Positions 52,004-59,732 of a DNA stretch of 64,000 nt are shown one piece after another. The notes beneath the pieces were generated by a model. It searched no databases. It saw only the letters and a program-made list of their open reading frames with translations, and was not told the origin of the DNA. The stretch is from a virus. Each line of letters begins with the position of its first letter. Positions within the stretch are counted from its first letter, which is position 1. The stretch lies in IMG/VR virus record IMGVR_UViG_3300027844_002282. One strand, given 5' to 3'. Made by a program: the position numbers and the translations under genes.

Positions 52004-52031
52004 TTGACTTTTTTCAAAAGCAGGTTATAAT
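52004..52031 (+). promoter_or_regulatory. Sigma70-like promoter TTGACT-N16-TATAAT
   Basis: Immediately upstream of a tRNA cluster. Confidence 0.7.
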
Positions 52032-52044
52032 ACACTTAACAGAT

Positions 52045-52116
52045 GCCTACGTAGCTCAACTGGAAGAGCACTTCGCTACGAAGAGGTTGCAAGTTCAAAC
52101 CTTGCAGTGGGTACCA
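52045..52116 (+). pseudogene. tRNA-Arg(ACG)-derived gene with a 4-nt anticodon-arm deletion
   Basis: CTTCG-CTA-CGAAG where CTTCG-CT-ACG-AA-CGAAG is expected. Confidence 0.65.
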
Positions 52117-52120
52117 TTTT

Positions 52121-52265
52121 GATAATGTGGCGGAATTGGAATACGCGCCGCTGTAATAGCGGTAGAGAGCAATGGGTTCAACTCCCATTTAAGGTACGGT
52201 TACCGCTTGGCTGTAATAGCTAAGGCAATGTCTCCTTGTGGGTTCGAGACCCATCATTATCATCA
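52121..52265 (+). ncRNA. Double tRNA-Leu(TAA)-like RNA with two anticodon arms and two T-arms
   Basis: GATAATG/CATTATC acceptor, Leu-type D-arm, GCTGTAATAGC twice, T-arms with TTCAACT and TTCGAGA loops. Confidence 0.7.
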
Positions 52266-52275
52266 AAATTTAGAT

Positions 52276-52365
52276 TGCGGGTAAATCGACTGGCGTAGCA
52301 GATAACTGGCTCATAACCAGGGAGGGGCAACCCTTAGGTCGGTTCAATTCCGACACCCGCTACCA
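52276..52365 (+). tRNA. tRNA-Met(CAT) with long variable arm and 1:72 mismatch
   Basis: CTGG-CT-CAT-AA-CCAG; AGGG-GCAA-CCCT arm; ACCA. Confidence 0.7.
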
Positions 52366-52461
52366 TTTTAACTATGATAAAATATGAAATCAGATAGAGA
52401 TATGGATGTAGAGTATACAAAAACCCAACTCGTTATTTTTGGGATATATGAGATTTAATGT

Positions 52462-52557
52462 TGTGAGGATTGATTGAAAGTACTATGCTTTCATCAGGAA
52501 AACTGTAAAGTTCCATGGACTTAGCGGCTGGAGGTTCGACGCCTTCTCTCACAGCCA
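52462..52557 (+). ncRNA. tRNA-like RNA with Tyr-type loop and replaced D-arm
   Basis: TGTGAGG/TCTCACA-GCCA acceptor, canonical T-arm, CT-GTA-AA loop, long hairpin in the D position. Confidence 0.6.
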
Positions 52558-52558
52558 T

Positions 52559-52638
52559 AGCGGAAGAGTGGATGTGGATACATAGACCATACCAGCCTCA
52601 TAAGTTGGAGATTGCAGGTTCGACTCCTGCTTCCGCTA
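52559..52638 (+). tRNA. tRNA-Met/Ile2(CAT), no encoded CCA
   Basis: CCAGC-CT-CAT-AA-GTTGG; atypical D-arm; followed directly by a ribozyme. Confidence 0.75.
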
Positions 52639-52709
52639 GATTAGTATAATGACAAGCCTCCACGTGGCACTAATCGGAAACGAACTAACCCTCGGCTAAT
52701 TTGTCATTA
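52639..52709 (+). ncRNA. HDV-like (theta) self-cleaving ribozyme
   Basis: P1 GATTAGT/ACTAATC, P2 TAATGACAA/TTGTCATTA, P3 GCC/GGC, L3 TCCACGT, P1.1 CC:GG, J4/2 GCTAA. Confidence 0.85.
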
Positions 52710-52837
52710 ATAATATCCGTAATTATCATCAAATATTTCTTCGCCCCATCGGTCTTGAAATATCCAAAAGAGGAGGTGTCGATAATACACAAGGAAATTC
52801 CATGGTTAATACACGATCCCATTAATTTTCGAATAGG

Positions 52838-52954
52838 TTGTGACTAAGGCCCGGTAAAGCCGGGTGCCGATCACTTACTAAGGCCTCAGCCCGTAAGTGC
52901 CGGGCGGGAACACAGAGGCTCTACCCCCGAAGATAACCAAACTTTGAGTCACAA
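52838..52954 (+). ncRNA. Structured RNA with probable kissing loop
   Basis: TTGTGACT/AGTCACAA closing stem; CCCGG/CCGGG; CACTTAC/GTAAGTG; loop GCCTC can pair with GAGGC. Confidence 0.5.
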
Positions 52955-53002
52955 TACTTTTTCCTTGGAGATAATATGGAAGATAAAATACACCCGCTGG
53001 TT

Positions 53003-53053
53003 GGACAATCGTTCAAAGTTGAATGGTGGATTCGAATCCCACTTGGTCCACCA
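53003..53053 (+). pseudogene. tRNA remnant or minihelix (T-arm plus acceptor ending ACCA)
   Basis: GTGGA-TTCGAAT-CCCAC-TTGGTCC-ACCA with no D or anticodon arm. Confidence 0.45.
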
Positions 53054-53121
53054 ATTTATTACAGGGATTTCTTTCGAATAATTAGAAGTATTAGCTCAAC
53101 CCACAACAATAGGAGGGTAAT

Positions 53122-53409
53122 ATGAATAAGAACAAAATCATCGGGACACTAATGGTGGCTCCGTTACCGATTTATCTCGTCTATCTTCTTTTGGCAAAAG
53201 AGATTTTGCCGATTGTCATTTGTCTTGCGGCTGGAGTTGGATTATTCCACTTCGGACTCAAACTTTTGACAGGATCAACACTCGAAGAGGTCGGCGAAGA
53301 TGTTGTCAGACATCTCGACGAGGTTGAGGAAGAAGCAGAAGAAGCAGTTGATAAGATTAAGAAAAAGACAAGGAAGCCAAGGGCGAAGAAGGCTGTTAAA
53401 AAGAGTTGA
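53122..53409 (+). CDS. Small membrane protein, two TM helices and basic tail (holin-like)
   Basis: AGGAGG RBS; late-promoter motif at 53061-53088. Confidence 0.65.
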   Translation: MNKNKIIGTLMVAPLPIYLVYLLLAKEILPIVICLAAGVGLFHFGLKLLTGSTLEEVGEDVVRHLDEVEEEAEEAVDKIKKKTRKPRAKKAVKKS

Positions 53410-53532
53410 CGGATAGGGTATGTTAAAATGACCGACGACCATTCTTCCCCACGGGGAAGTAGCTATTACATACGTTGAGGGATTGGATACGAGACCAATA
53501 CGTGAGTTTCACAAGATGGCAAGTCAATTTTT

Positions 53533-53609
53533 GGATCGGTGGCGCAATTAGGTAGCACAGCAGACTTTTAATCTGTGGGTTGTGGGTTCGATTCCCACCC
53601 GATTCACCA
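53533..53609 (+). tRNA. tRNA-Lys(TTT)
   Basis: GCAGA-CT-TTT-AA-TCTGT, ACCA. Confidence 0.9.
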
Positions 53610-53700
53610 GCTTGATTGACAGGGTCTCGCAGACCGTACCAATAACAAAAGCAAATATCTTAATCTATGCCACCTGACATTTTATTTTTACGAGGAGCCA

Positions 53701-54009
53701 ATGAATAATTTAACGGAAGAAAAAATATTTGACGAGTTAAGACCAATATTAGACCCTGATCTTGGAATAAGCATTGTAGATATGGGTTTGATATATAAAG
53801 CCAAGATAAATGGAGATCATGTTGATGTTGAAATGACATTAACATCTATTGGATGTCCATATGGTCCATATTTAATATCTGAAGTAACAGAAACAGTCAA
53901 AAATATTGATAGTATTAAAACGGTAAATGTAGAACTCGTTTGGGAACCACCTTGGTCGATTGAAAATTTGTCAGACGAAGTTAAATTAGATATTGGAATA
54001 GACATCTAA
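53701..54009 (+). CDS. DUF59 / SufT-like Fe-S assembly protein
   Basis: DPDLGISIVDMGLIY, MTLTSIGCP, VELVWEPPW. Confidence 0.9.
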   Translation: MNNLTEEKIFDELRPILDPDLGISIVDMGLIYKAKINGDHVDVEMTLTSIGCPYGPYLISEVTETVKNIDSIKTVNVELVWEPPWSIENLSDEVKLDIGIDI

Positions 54010-54069
54010 ACCGGTTGCAAGTTCGATTCTTGCCTGGAGAGATAATTTTCAACAAGGGTATTTTTATTT

Positions 54070-54148
54070 GGCCTTAGCTCATGTTGTGGCTTAGAGCGCC
54101 TGTTTTGCAAGCAGGAGGTAGTGGGTTCGATGCCCACAGGGGCCACCA
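54070..54148 (+). tRNA. tRNA-Ala(TGC) with shortened acceptor 5' strand
   Basis: CCTGT-TT-TGC-AA-GCAGG; GGCCT opposite AGGGGCC. Confidence 0.65.
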
Positions 54149-54156
54149 ATTTTTAC

Positions 54157-54561
54157 TTAAAGTCCAGCCAATCCCCTAAATAAACGCATGGCACCAATTC
54201 TATCACCCGCGAAATTACCCTTTTGGTCATCTGGGCCAACAAAAAACCAGTAATCTCTGAATCTGTCGGTTGCAATTTCACCGAGGATCTTCCTGATCTG
54301 GGTGTGAGAGATATCTTGAGAAAAGGTCGCCTCAAAATTTTCCGCGAAGAATGTCAACCTACACCAGCCACTTGCGATAGCATTATAGCCAAGGGTGAGA
54401 CTGTCAAAGGGCATTGGAAACGATTCAGAACCAATCTCGTCTTCAGAAAGGTATTCTGCTAAAGCTTTCTCATGTCCCTGGAAATCATTTACGGGGACTT
54501 CTCCACCATCAGGGTCTATCCATAACCCATAAGCCCCTTGAGATTTTTTGTACCAATTCAT
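54157..54561 (-). CDS. Hypothetical protein (MNWYKKSQ...)
   Basis: 134 aa, antisense to the tRNA island. Confidence 0.65.
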   Translation of the reverse strand: MNWYKKSQGAYGLWIDPDGGEVPVNDFQGHEKALAEYLSEDEIGSESFPMPFDSLTLGYNAIASGWCRLTFFAENFEATFSQDISHTQIRKILGEIATDRFRDYWFFVGPDDQKGNFAGDRIGAMRLFRGLAGL

Positions 54562-54798
54562 ATTTTGTCCATATCAAAATTTCTATGCTCAGTTGGGGAA
54601 ACGCCGGAGCGCGTAACTCCGCCCCTCTGGGCTCCTTTTCAACGAAGAGTAAGCATTAAAGAGGTACTGTCACAATTAGATGTACAATAAACTCAGTCCA
54701 CATCCCTCTCATATAACAATGACAGCATCGAGGTAAATATATGAAAAACTATGAAGAAATGAGCTGCGAAGAGCTTCGCCAAAACAGGAAAAAATAGT

Positions 54799-55242
54799 AT
54801 GGGGCTACTTAGCGCTATTTGTAAAGGTTGCAAGAAAAATATTGAACATTTTAGTTTCGACAATGACATCACCTGTAGAGGATGCGGAATTATAAATGCT
54901 TCAAGTGAAATTCAGCTTTCGACCTTAAGCTACGGAAAGGGACGTGAAGACGGAAAAGACTCATCATCCAGATGGCTTAAATCTTGGATGAACAATAGAG
55001 AAAAACATAATTCATTAGAAGATTGGTATAATGCACTATATAGTATTGTTTACAAAACCAAAAAGTCGCCGCCAAAATTCAAAACTAAAATATCCCTACA
55101 CGCATCAAACCTTCTTTTAAATATGGCAAGGCTTAAGAAAGAGGGGATGGGCGACGAGAAACACGACTATATGTGCGAAAAGATTTGCGATGTTATAATA
55201 GACGCAGAAGATTGGGAAAAAGAACATGATATAGAATCATAG
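54799..55242 (+). CDS. Zn-ribbon hypothetical protein
   Basis: CKGC...CRGC. Confidence 0.6.
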   Translation: MGLLSAICKGCKKNIEHFSFDNDITCRGCGIINASSEIQLSTLSYGKGREDGKDSSSRWLKSWMNNREKHNSLEDWYNALYSIVYKTKKSPPKFKTKISLHASNLLLNMARLKKEGMGDEKHDYMCEKICDVIIDAEDWEKEHDIES

Positions 55243-55303
55243 TGGGAATAAATGGTGACAACATGACAAAAAGAATCGTAGTAACGAACAAGAGATAATC
55301 ATA

Positions 55304-56030
55304 ATGCAATGGGACTCAGTATACATGCCAAACTCAGCTTATCCCCCGCACGTTGGACATGCGGCAATGATCTTACACGCAAGAGCGAGCTTTCTCTACA
55401 CAAAATTTTATTTAGAATCTTATAACACGCCTGGAATCGATCTTAGATGGGGGGTCGTTCATGATGTTCGCTCAACACCAGAGTTTGAAAAAATGCAGGT
55501 TGATCTTATGAATTGGATGGGATACCCACCGGAATTTGAATTGCGACTAAATGAATATGGGAATTTTCAAGCCGACGTGATGTGCATGTTGTTAAAGATG
55601 GAAATTCGAGAGGCCGATTTCAAAAGCCTTGAAATTGGGAAGTTTATGGTTCTAAACTCAGTAAGAACTCACATAAGGGGGGTGGGACCTTGTTCCGTTA
55701 GAAAAAGTAGAGAGGCCATTGGCGGGCGCTTTTGGATTCGGCTACCCAACAATAAGATACGCCCCATTATTATTAGACAATAATGGCGAAAAGATATGCT
55801 CTAGTAAAAGCGAGCATAAAAAGTTTCAACTAACTCAAGTAACTATGGATTCAAATGGGCCAGACAGTCTGATTGAAAAGCTATTAAAATGCCACTGCCC
55901 TGACGCGGAACATGTGAGAGGCGAAGACCCTGACGAAATAGCGATCAGATGGTGTAGAAAACTATGGACGCATTACCATGGATTAGCTTGTCTTGGACAG
56001 CCAATGACGCCAATAAAATTTAACTTATAA
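55304..56030 (+). pseudogene. Second minimal GluRS-like gene, split by one extra G in a G6 run
   Basis: PHVGH; removing one G at 55677-55682 joins THIRG-WDL...GYPTIRYAPLLLDNNGEKICSSKS. Confidence 0.7.
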
Positions 56031-56033
56031 AAT

Positions 56034-56110
56034 GCCGATGAAACATTTATATGGATGATGTCCTGTCTTGTAAGCAGGTTAACTCGGATCGTTACCGAGC
56101 TTCGGCTCCA
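56034..56110 (+). tRNA. tRNA-Thr(TGT) with atypical T-loop
   Basis: CCTGT-CT-TGT-AA-GCAGG; T-loop ATCGTTA; TCCA. Confidence 0.75.
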
Positions 56111-56111
56111 A

Positions 56112-56603
56112 TTACGTCTTCAAACCGCCAGGAGCGTTTTGTTGATCAAAGTATTGAGTGACAGCACCCTGGTCAAAGTACCCCAGTTCCCCAAGATACT
56201 TCTCAACATCCAGGGAAGGGGCGAATACGCTTTTGAAATAAGTGCGTAGTTTTGGAATCACCTCACTTGGCATAAAGAGCCCGCTTCTGTTCATATCAAC
56301 AATGTGTATTTGAACCTGTTTGGTCCCTCTCGGATACAACGCTTCCCCTGCGTATGGGATAAGCCACATCTGAAGATACCCCAGACGAACATTCGTAGGG
56401 GCGAAAACCTGGATTTCAACAAGACTCCTGTCAGATCTATTTTCGACCCTTGATTTCACCTCAAGACCAAAAAACTCTTGAACTATATTAACAGCCCCGG
56501 CCTCTGCGGCCTGAACGTCTGCATCGTCCAAAGCCAATTTCTTGTCCAAAACAGATCTTACTTTCTGTTGAAGGGCATCATTATCGTCTGCATAAATTCT
56601 CAT
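56112..56603 (-). CDS. Hypothetical protein
   Basis: 163 aa; late-promoter motif at 56643-56670. Confidence 0.65.
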   Translation of the reverse strand: MRIYADDNDALQQKVRSVLDKKLALDDADVQAAEAGAVNIVQEFFGLEVKSRVENRSDRSLVEIQVFAPTNVRLGYLQMWLIPYAGEALYPRGTKQVQIHIVDMNRSGLFMPSEVIPKLRTYFKSVFAPSLDVEKYLGELGYFDQGAVTQYFDQQNAPGGLKT

Positions 56604-56680
56604 GAAAATAACCTAATATGTAAAATTAACTTGTTTTTTCATATACGCGGTTACATTGCAGATATCCTTTTTCAATCTAT

Positions 56681-56744
56681 ACATTGGTGGCGCAACAGGC
56701 TCTTAATCTGAAGGTTGCGGGTTCGATTACCGCCCGATGCACCA
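56681..56744 (+). pseudogene. tRNA-Lys(CTT)-derived gene lacking most of the D-arm
   Basis: CAGG-CT-CTT-AA-TCTG; T-arm and ACCA present. Confidence 0.6.
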
Positions 56745-56745
56745 A

Positions 56746-57018
56746 TTACTCAAGGCCGAGCATCTCTTTTGCTCTCTCGTCAGTGATCAAGCCTGATTCA
56801 AAAGACTTAAAGATTTGCTCGAAAGAGAAACCGTCTTTGTAAATACGGCCAATCTCGTAAGCCTCGTTCCCATGCGGAACGGTAATTACAGCAGTGGCAG
56901 CCTGGGCGGCACCTAATTGCTTTTCGACTCTGGCCTTTTCTGACTCAAGGTCTTGGACGGAAGCGGGTGAATTTTGAGAGCCAACAGTAACGACAAATAA
57001 TCTTTTACTCATAATCAA
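56746..57018 (-). CDS. Hypothetical protein resembling fragments of the portal
   Basis: VVTVGSQNSPASVQDL / VITVPH / GLIT..A.EMLG echo portal VVKVGTEERPASEADI / IVTHH / GLISATRVL. Confidence 0.55.
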   Translation of the reverse strand: MIMSKRLFVVTVGSQNSPASVQDLESEKARVEKQLGAAQAATAVITVPHGNEAYEIGRIYKDGFSFEQIFKSFESGLITDERAKEMLGLE

Positions 57019-57056
57019 ACTCCTGTGGTTAGGTTAAAATATATTATACATCACAT

Positions 57057-57136
57057 GGACGCATAGCTTAGTCTGGCTAAAGCGCTTGTATGACACATGC
57101 AAGAGATCGTTGGTTCGAATCCAACTGTGTTCACCA
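57057..57136 (+). tRNA. tRNA-Val(GAC) with 2-nt expanded anticodon loop
   Basis: CTTGT-ATGACACAT-GCAAG (9-nt loop); ACCA. Confidence 0.65.
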
Positions 57137-57426
57137 AACTTAAAAATATTAATAGAAGGTCATATTATGGGTAAACATCACGAATGTAAAATTACAAAAC
57201 TAAAAGACCAGGAATTTTTCAAGAAAGATAATCCACACTATGGAAGGTCTCGCAGAATTTATAAGCAAGAATTCCACAGCCTTTGACCCAGATGATAAGA
57301 AAAAGCTAAAGCTATGGGCGGAAGAAGAGTTCGCGAGGCAAGAAAGGGCGTTAACAACTTGATATCAATAAGTAGTTAAAAGGATCTTAGTTAAAATCTA
57401 AAGAAATAGCCTATGGAGGCTATAAA

Positions 57427-57723
57427 ATGGATGCTGACGAAAAAGATTTACAGAAAAGTCTTGGGATTGAAAACATAGATGAAGAAGATGAACTTCAGGA
57501 CGTGATAGGGAGAGAGGGGAAGATCGTTGAGGCGGACTTCCTGATTACGCAAATAATAATGCTACAATCCATCCTTAGAAGGGACTACTCTATCGACGAA
57601 AGAGAAATTAGGAAAAGGTCTTCCGTACTATGTAGAAGGTCCAATTTCGAATATTTATCAGATATTGTTAGAGAAATTGAATCCTTAAGAATAAGACATG
57701 ACAAGAAAAATACGGCGGGATAG
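57427..57723 (+). CDS. Hypothetical protein
   Basis: GGAGG RBS; late-promoter motif at 57379-57406. Confidence 0.65.
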   Translation: MDADEKDLQKSLGIENIDEEDELQDVIGREGKIVEADFLITQIIMLQSILRRDYSIDEREIRKRSSVLCRRSNFEYLSDIVREIESLRIRHDKKNTAG

Positions 57724-57781
57724 CTCAACTGGAAGAGCACTTGTTTCATACGCAAGAGGTTGGGGGGCGGTTCCGCCACCA
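57714..57781 (+). pseudogene. tRNA-Met(CAT)-derived gene lacking the T-arm
   Basis: Intact acceptor, D and anticodon arms; T-arm replaced by GGGGGGCGG. Confidence 0.6.
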
Positions 57782-58279
57782 ATTTCCCACAACGACTTGA
57801 AAACAACGATAACAGTGCTATGTTATCTCATAACCTGCTTAAGGAAAAATCATGAATCATTACATCGAAGTGTTGATCAAACAAGAGATTGGGAAATTTG
57901 TCGAGGAAGAATTGAGAGGTAGATATAGAGATTACGTCTCAGACATCTTCTTGACTTCAATCTTATTGAATCGTATGAATGACAGCCATCATCATGGCGG
58001 CATATCAAGAGGTTAGTACTTTTTCGAGGACGACCACAACGCCACCGTTTTTTTACGAAGCATCTTGCTGTATCTTTGAATCGATCTTATAGTATGGTTG
58101 CAAAGTTGGCGGGAATGGCCATCACGTTGCCCAGAACTTTTATTCATACATGAAGATAAGATTGCATGGAGTGACAAGGGAAATCGCTATTAAAAAGGGC
58201 GAGACTATAGAAAGGGGTTATAATTAGCGCTCTTGAAGGAGAACTTAGTAAAAATCTCATAGAAGCCCGTGTCCCCCAT

Positions 58280-58486
58280 TTGGCTGCGGCGATAAGAGAC
58301 ATGGAAGGTTGCCCTAATGGAGATCTAAAGTGTTCAAGGTGCAAAGCTGAAGGTGCGTCAAACAACAGACAACGCACCGCATATGCAAATCCAGACAATA
58401 TGGCAATTTATTGCCCATCATGTCAAGAAGAAGCGGACGCTTATTGGAAAGAGCAATGGGATGAATATTACGGTGCAATATTATAA
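58280..58486 (+). CDS. Small Zn-finger protein
   Basis: CSRC...CPSC; the true start may be MEGC. Confidence 0.5.
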   Translation: MAAAIRDMEGCPNGDLKCSRCKAEGASNNRQRTAYANPDNMAIYCPSCQEEADAYWKEQWDEYYGAIL

Positions 58487-58506
58487 CTCGTAACCAGGAA
58501 GACATT

Positions 58507-58767
58507 ATGACAATTTATAGAAGAACAATGGAAATTTCTAACAAAGAGTTGAGCAATGGCCAATGGGAAATTTTTAACAAAAAGAATATTGAATTTATTG
58601 CTCTGGCGCTAAGGAGCGACAAGTGGACATCAATTGATAATTTATCAAAAGACATTGGGCTCTATAGAAAAGCTCATAAAGAGCCAGAAATAACTCAAGA
58701 AGAGATCATCGTAGCGTTAGAAAGTTTAATATTGCACGACATGGCGGAGTGCAAAGAGTCCGAATAA
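58507..58767 (+). CDS. Hypothetical protein
   Basis: 86 aa, AGGAAG RBS. Confidence 0.55.
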   Translation: MTIYRRTMEISNKELSNGQWEIFNKKNIEFIALALRSDKWTSIDNLSKDIGLYRKAHKEPEITQEEIIVALESLILHDMAECKESE

Positions 58768-59267
58768 TACAACGAGAGGGAAGTATGGAAGATATGAAAT
58801 GGGAAATTGAGCCTCACAAACTAAGTCCGTGTCCTGGAGACTATGGTGAAATAATAGGGAACGTTAACCAAATGGAATATAATGGTAAAGAAATCCCATG
58901 GATACAGGATGTTCATTTATTGGTTGGCCAGCTACCCACATTTGAAAAAGAGATGAAATACGCGGTATTTCATGATTGCGTAGTAAAGTTAGACCGGAAC
59001 ACGTGCAAAAGTAAGCTAATGCCAGTTTATGAGGTGATCTCCAAAAGAAGGCCCATAGACACAAACGGTGAGGGAAACGAGTCTACTTACAAAGAGATGG
59101 AGATATTTCTTATGTCATGTCATCTTGACGCAAGAAGGACCTTGGCCTGCAATGTTCTCAAAGAGCTTGGTTGTGATTATGTAACTATGATTAGAAGGTT
59201 GGGTCCAACAATGATCGGCCCGCCAAACGGCTTTATTTATGAAGAATTAGCAATCGTTGGTCAATAA
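58749..59267 (+). CDS. Hypothetical protein
   Basis: Likely start at MEDMKW. Confidence 0.55.
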   Translation: MQRVRIIQREGSMEDMKWEIEPHKLSPCPGDYGEIIGNVNQMEYNGKEIPWIQDVHLLVGQLPTFEKEMKYAVFHDCVVKLDRNTCKSKLMPVYEVISKRRPIDTNGEGNESTYKEMEIFLMSCHLDARRTLACNVLKELGCDYVTMIRRLGPTMIGPPNGFIYEELAIVGQ

Positions 59268-59272
59268 TATAT

Positions 59273-59346
59273 GCTCTTGTGGTGAAAAGGAATCATTTCT
59301 CTTTCCTAAAGAGATGTTGCGGGTTCAAGTCCTGCCGGGAGTACCA
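59273..59346 (+). tRNA. tRNA-Arg(CCT)
   Basis: TCTCT-TT-CCT-AA-AGAGA, ACCA. Confidence 0.85.
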
Positions 59347-59732
59347 ATATAGTCCAAATATGATCCTCTCACCAATCTTGTTTATCAAAGATTATTTTGA
59401 AGGAATCGCATACGGACCTCCGAGAAAGTATAAAGCGAACATGAAATTAGTTTGTAATGACATCTATAGTTTAATAGGGGCCAGAGCATTTTCAATTTTA
59501 TAGAACAGGTAAAAAGAACAAACAGCAGGTATAGGTATGAATATCGAAAAAAATTTTTATATAACGATGTCCAATTCGGCGTAGAGGTCTTAGTACCAAG
59601 TTACCATACCATAGATAAAAACGCCATAAATAACGCGATAATAAAACTTGTAATGACTGGAGTGAAAAACATCAGTGTTGTAAAGTCTGGAGGCCAGGTC
59701 GGAATCATGGGATCAGAAAAAGAAATAACACC

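Noticed and set aside
54585-54657. Possible small structured RNA or late promoter
   Set aside because: Stems are short and the promoter match has the wrong spacing; insufficient support
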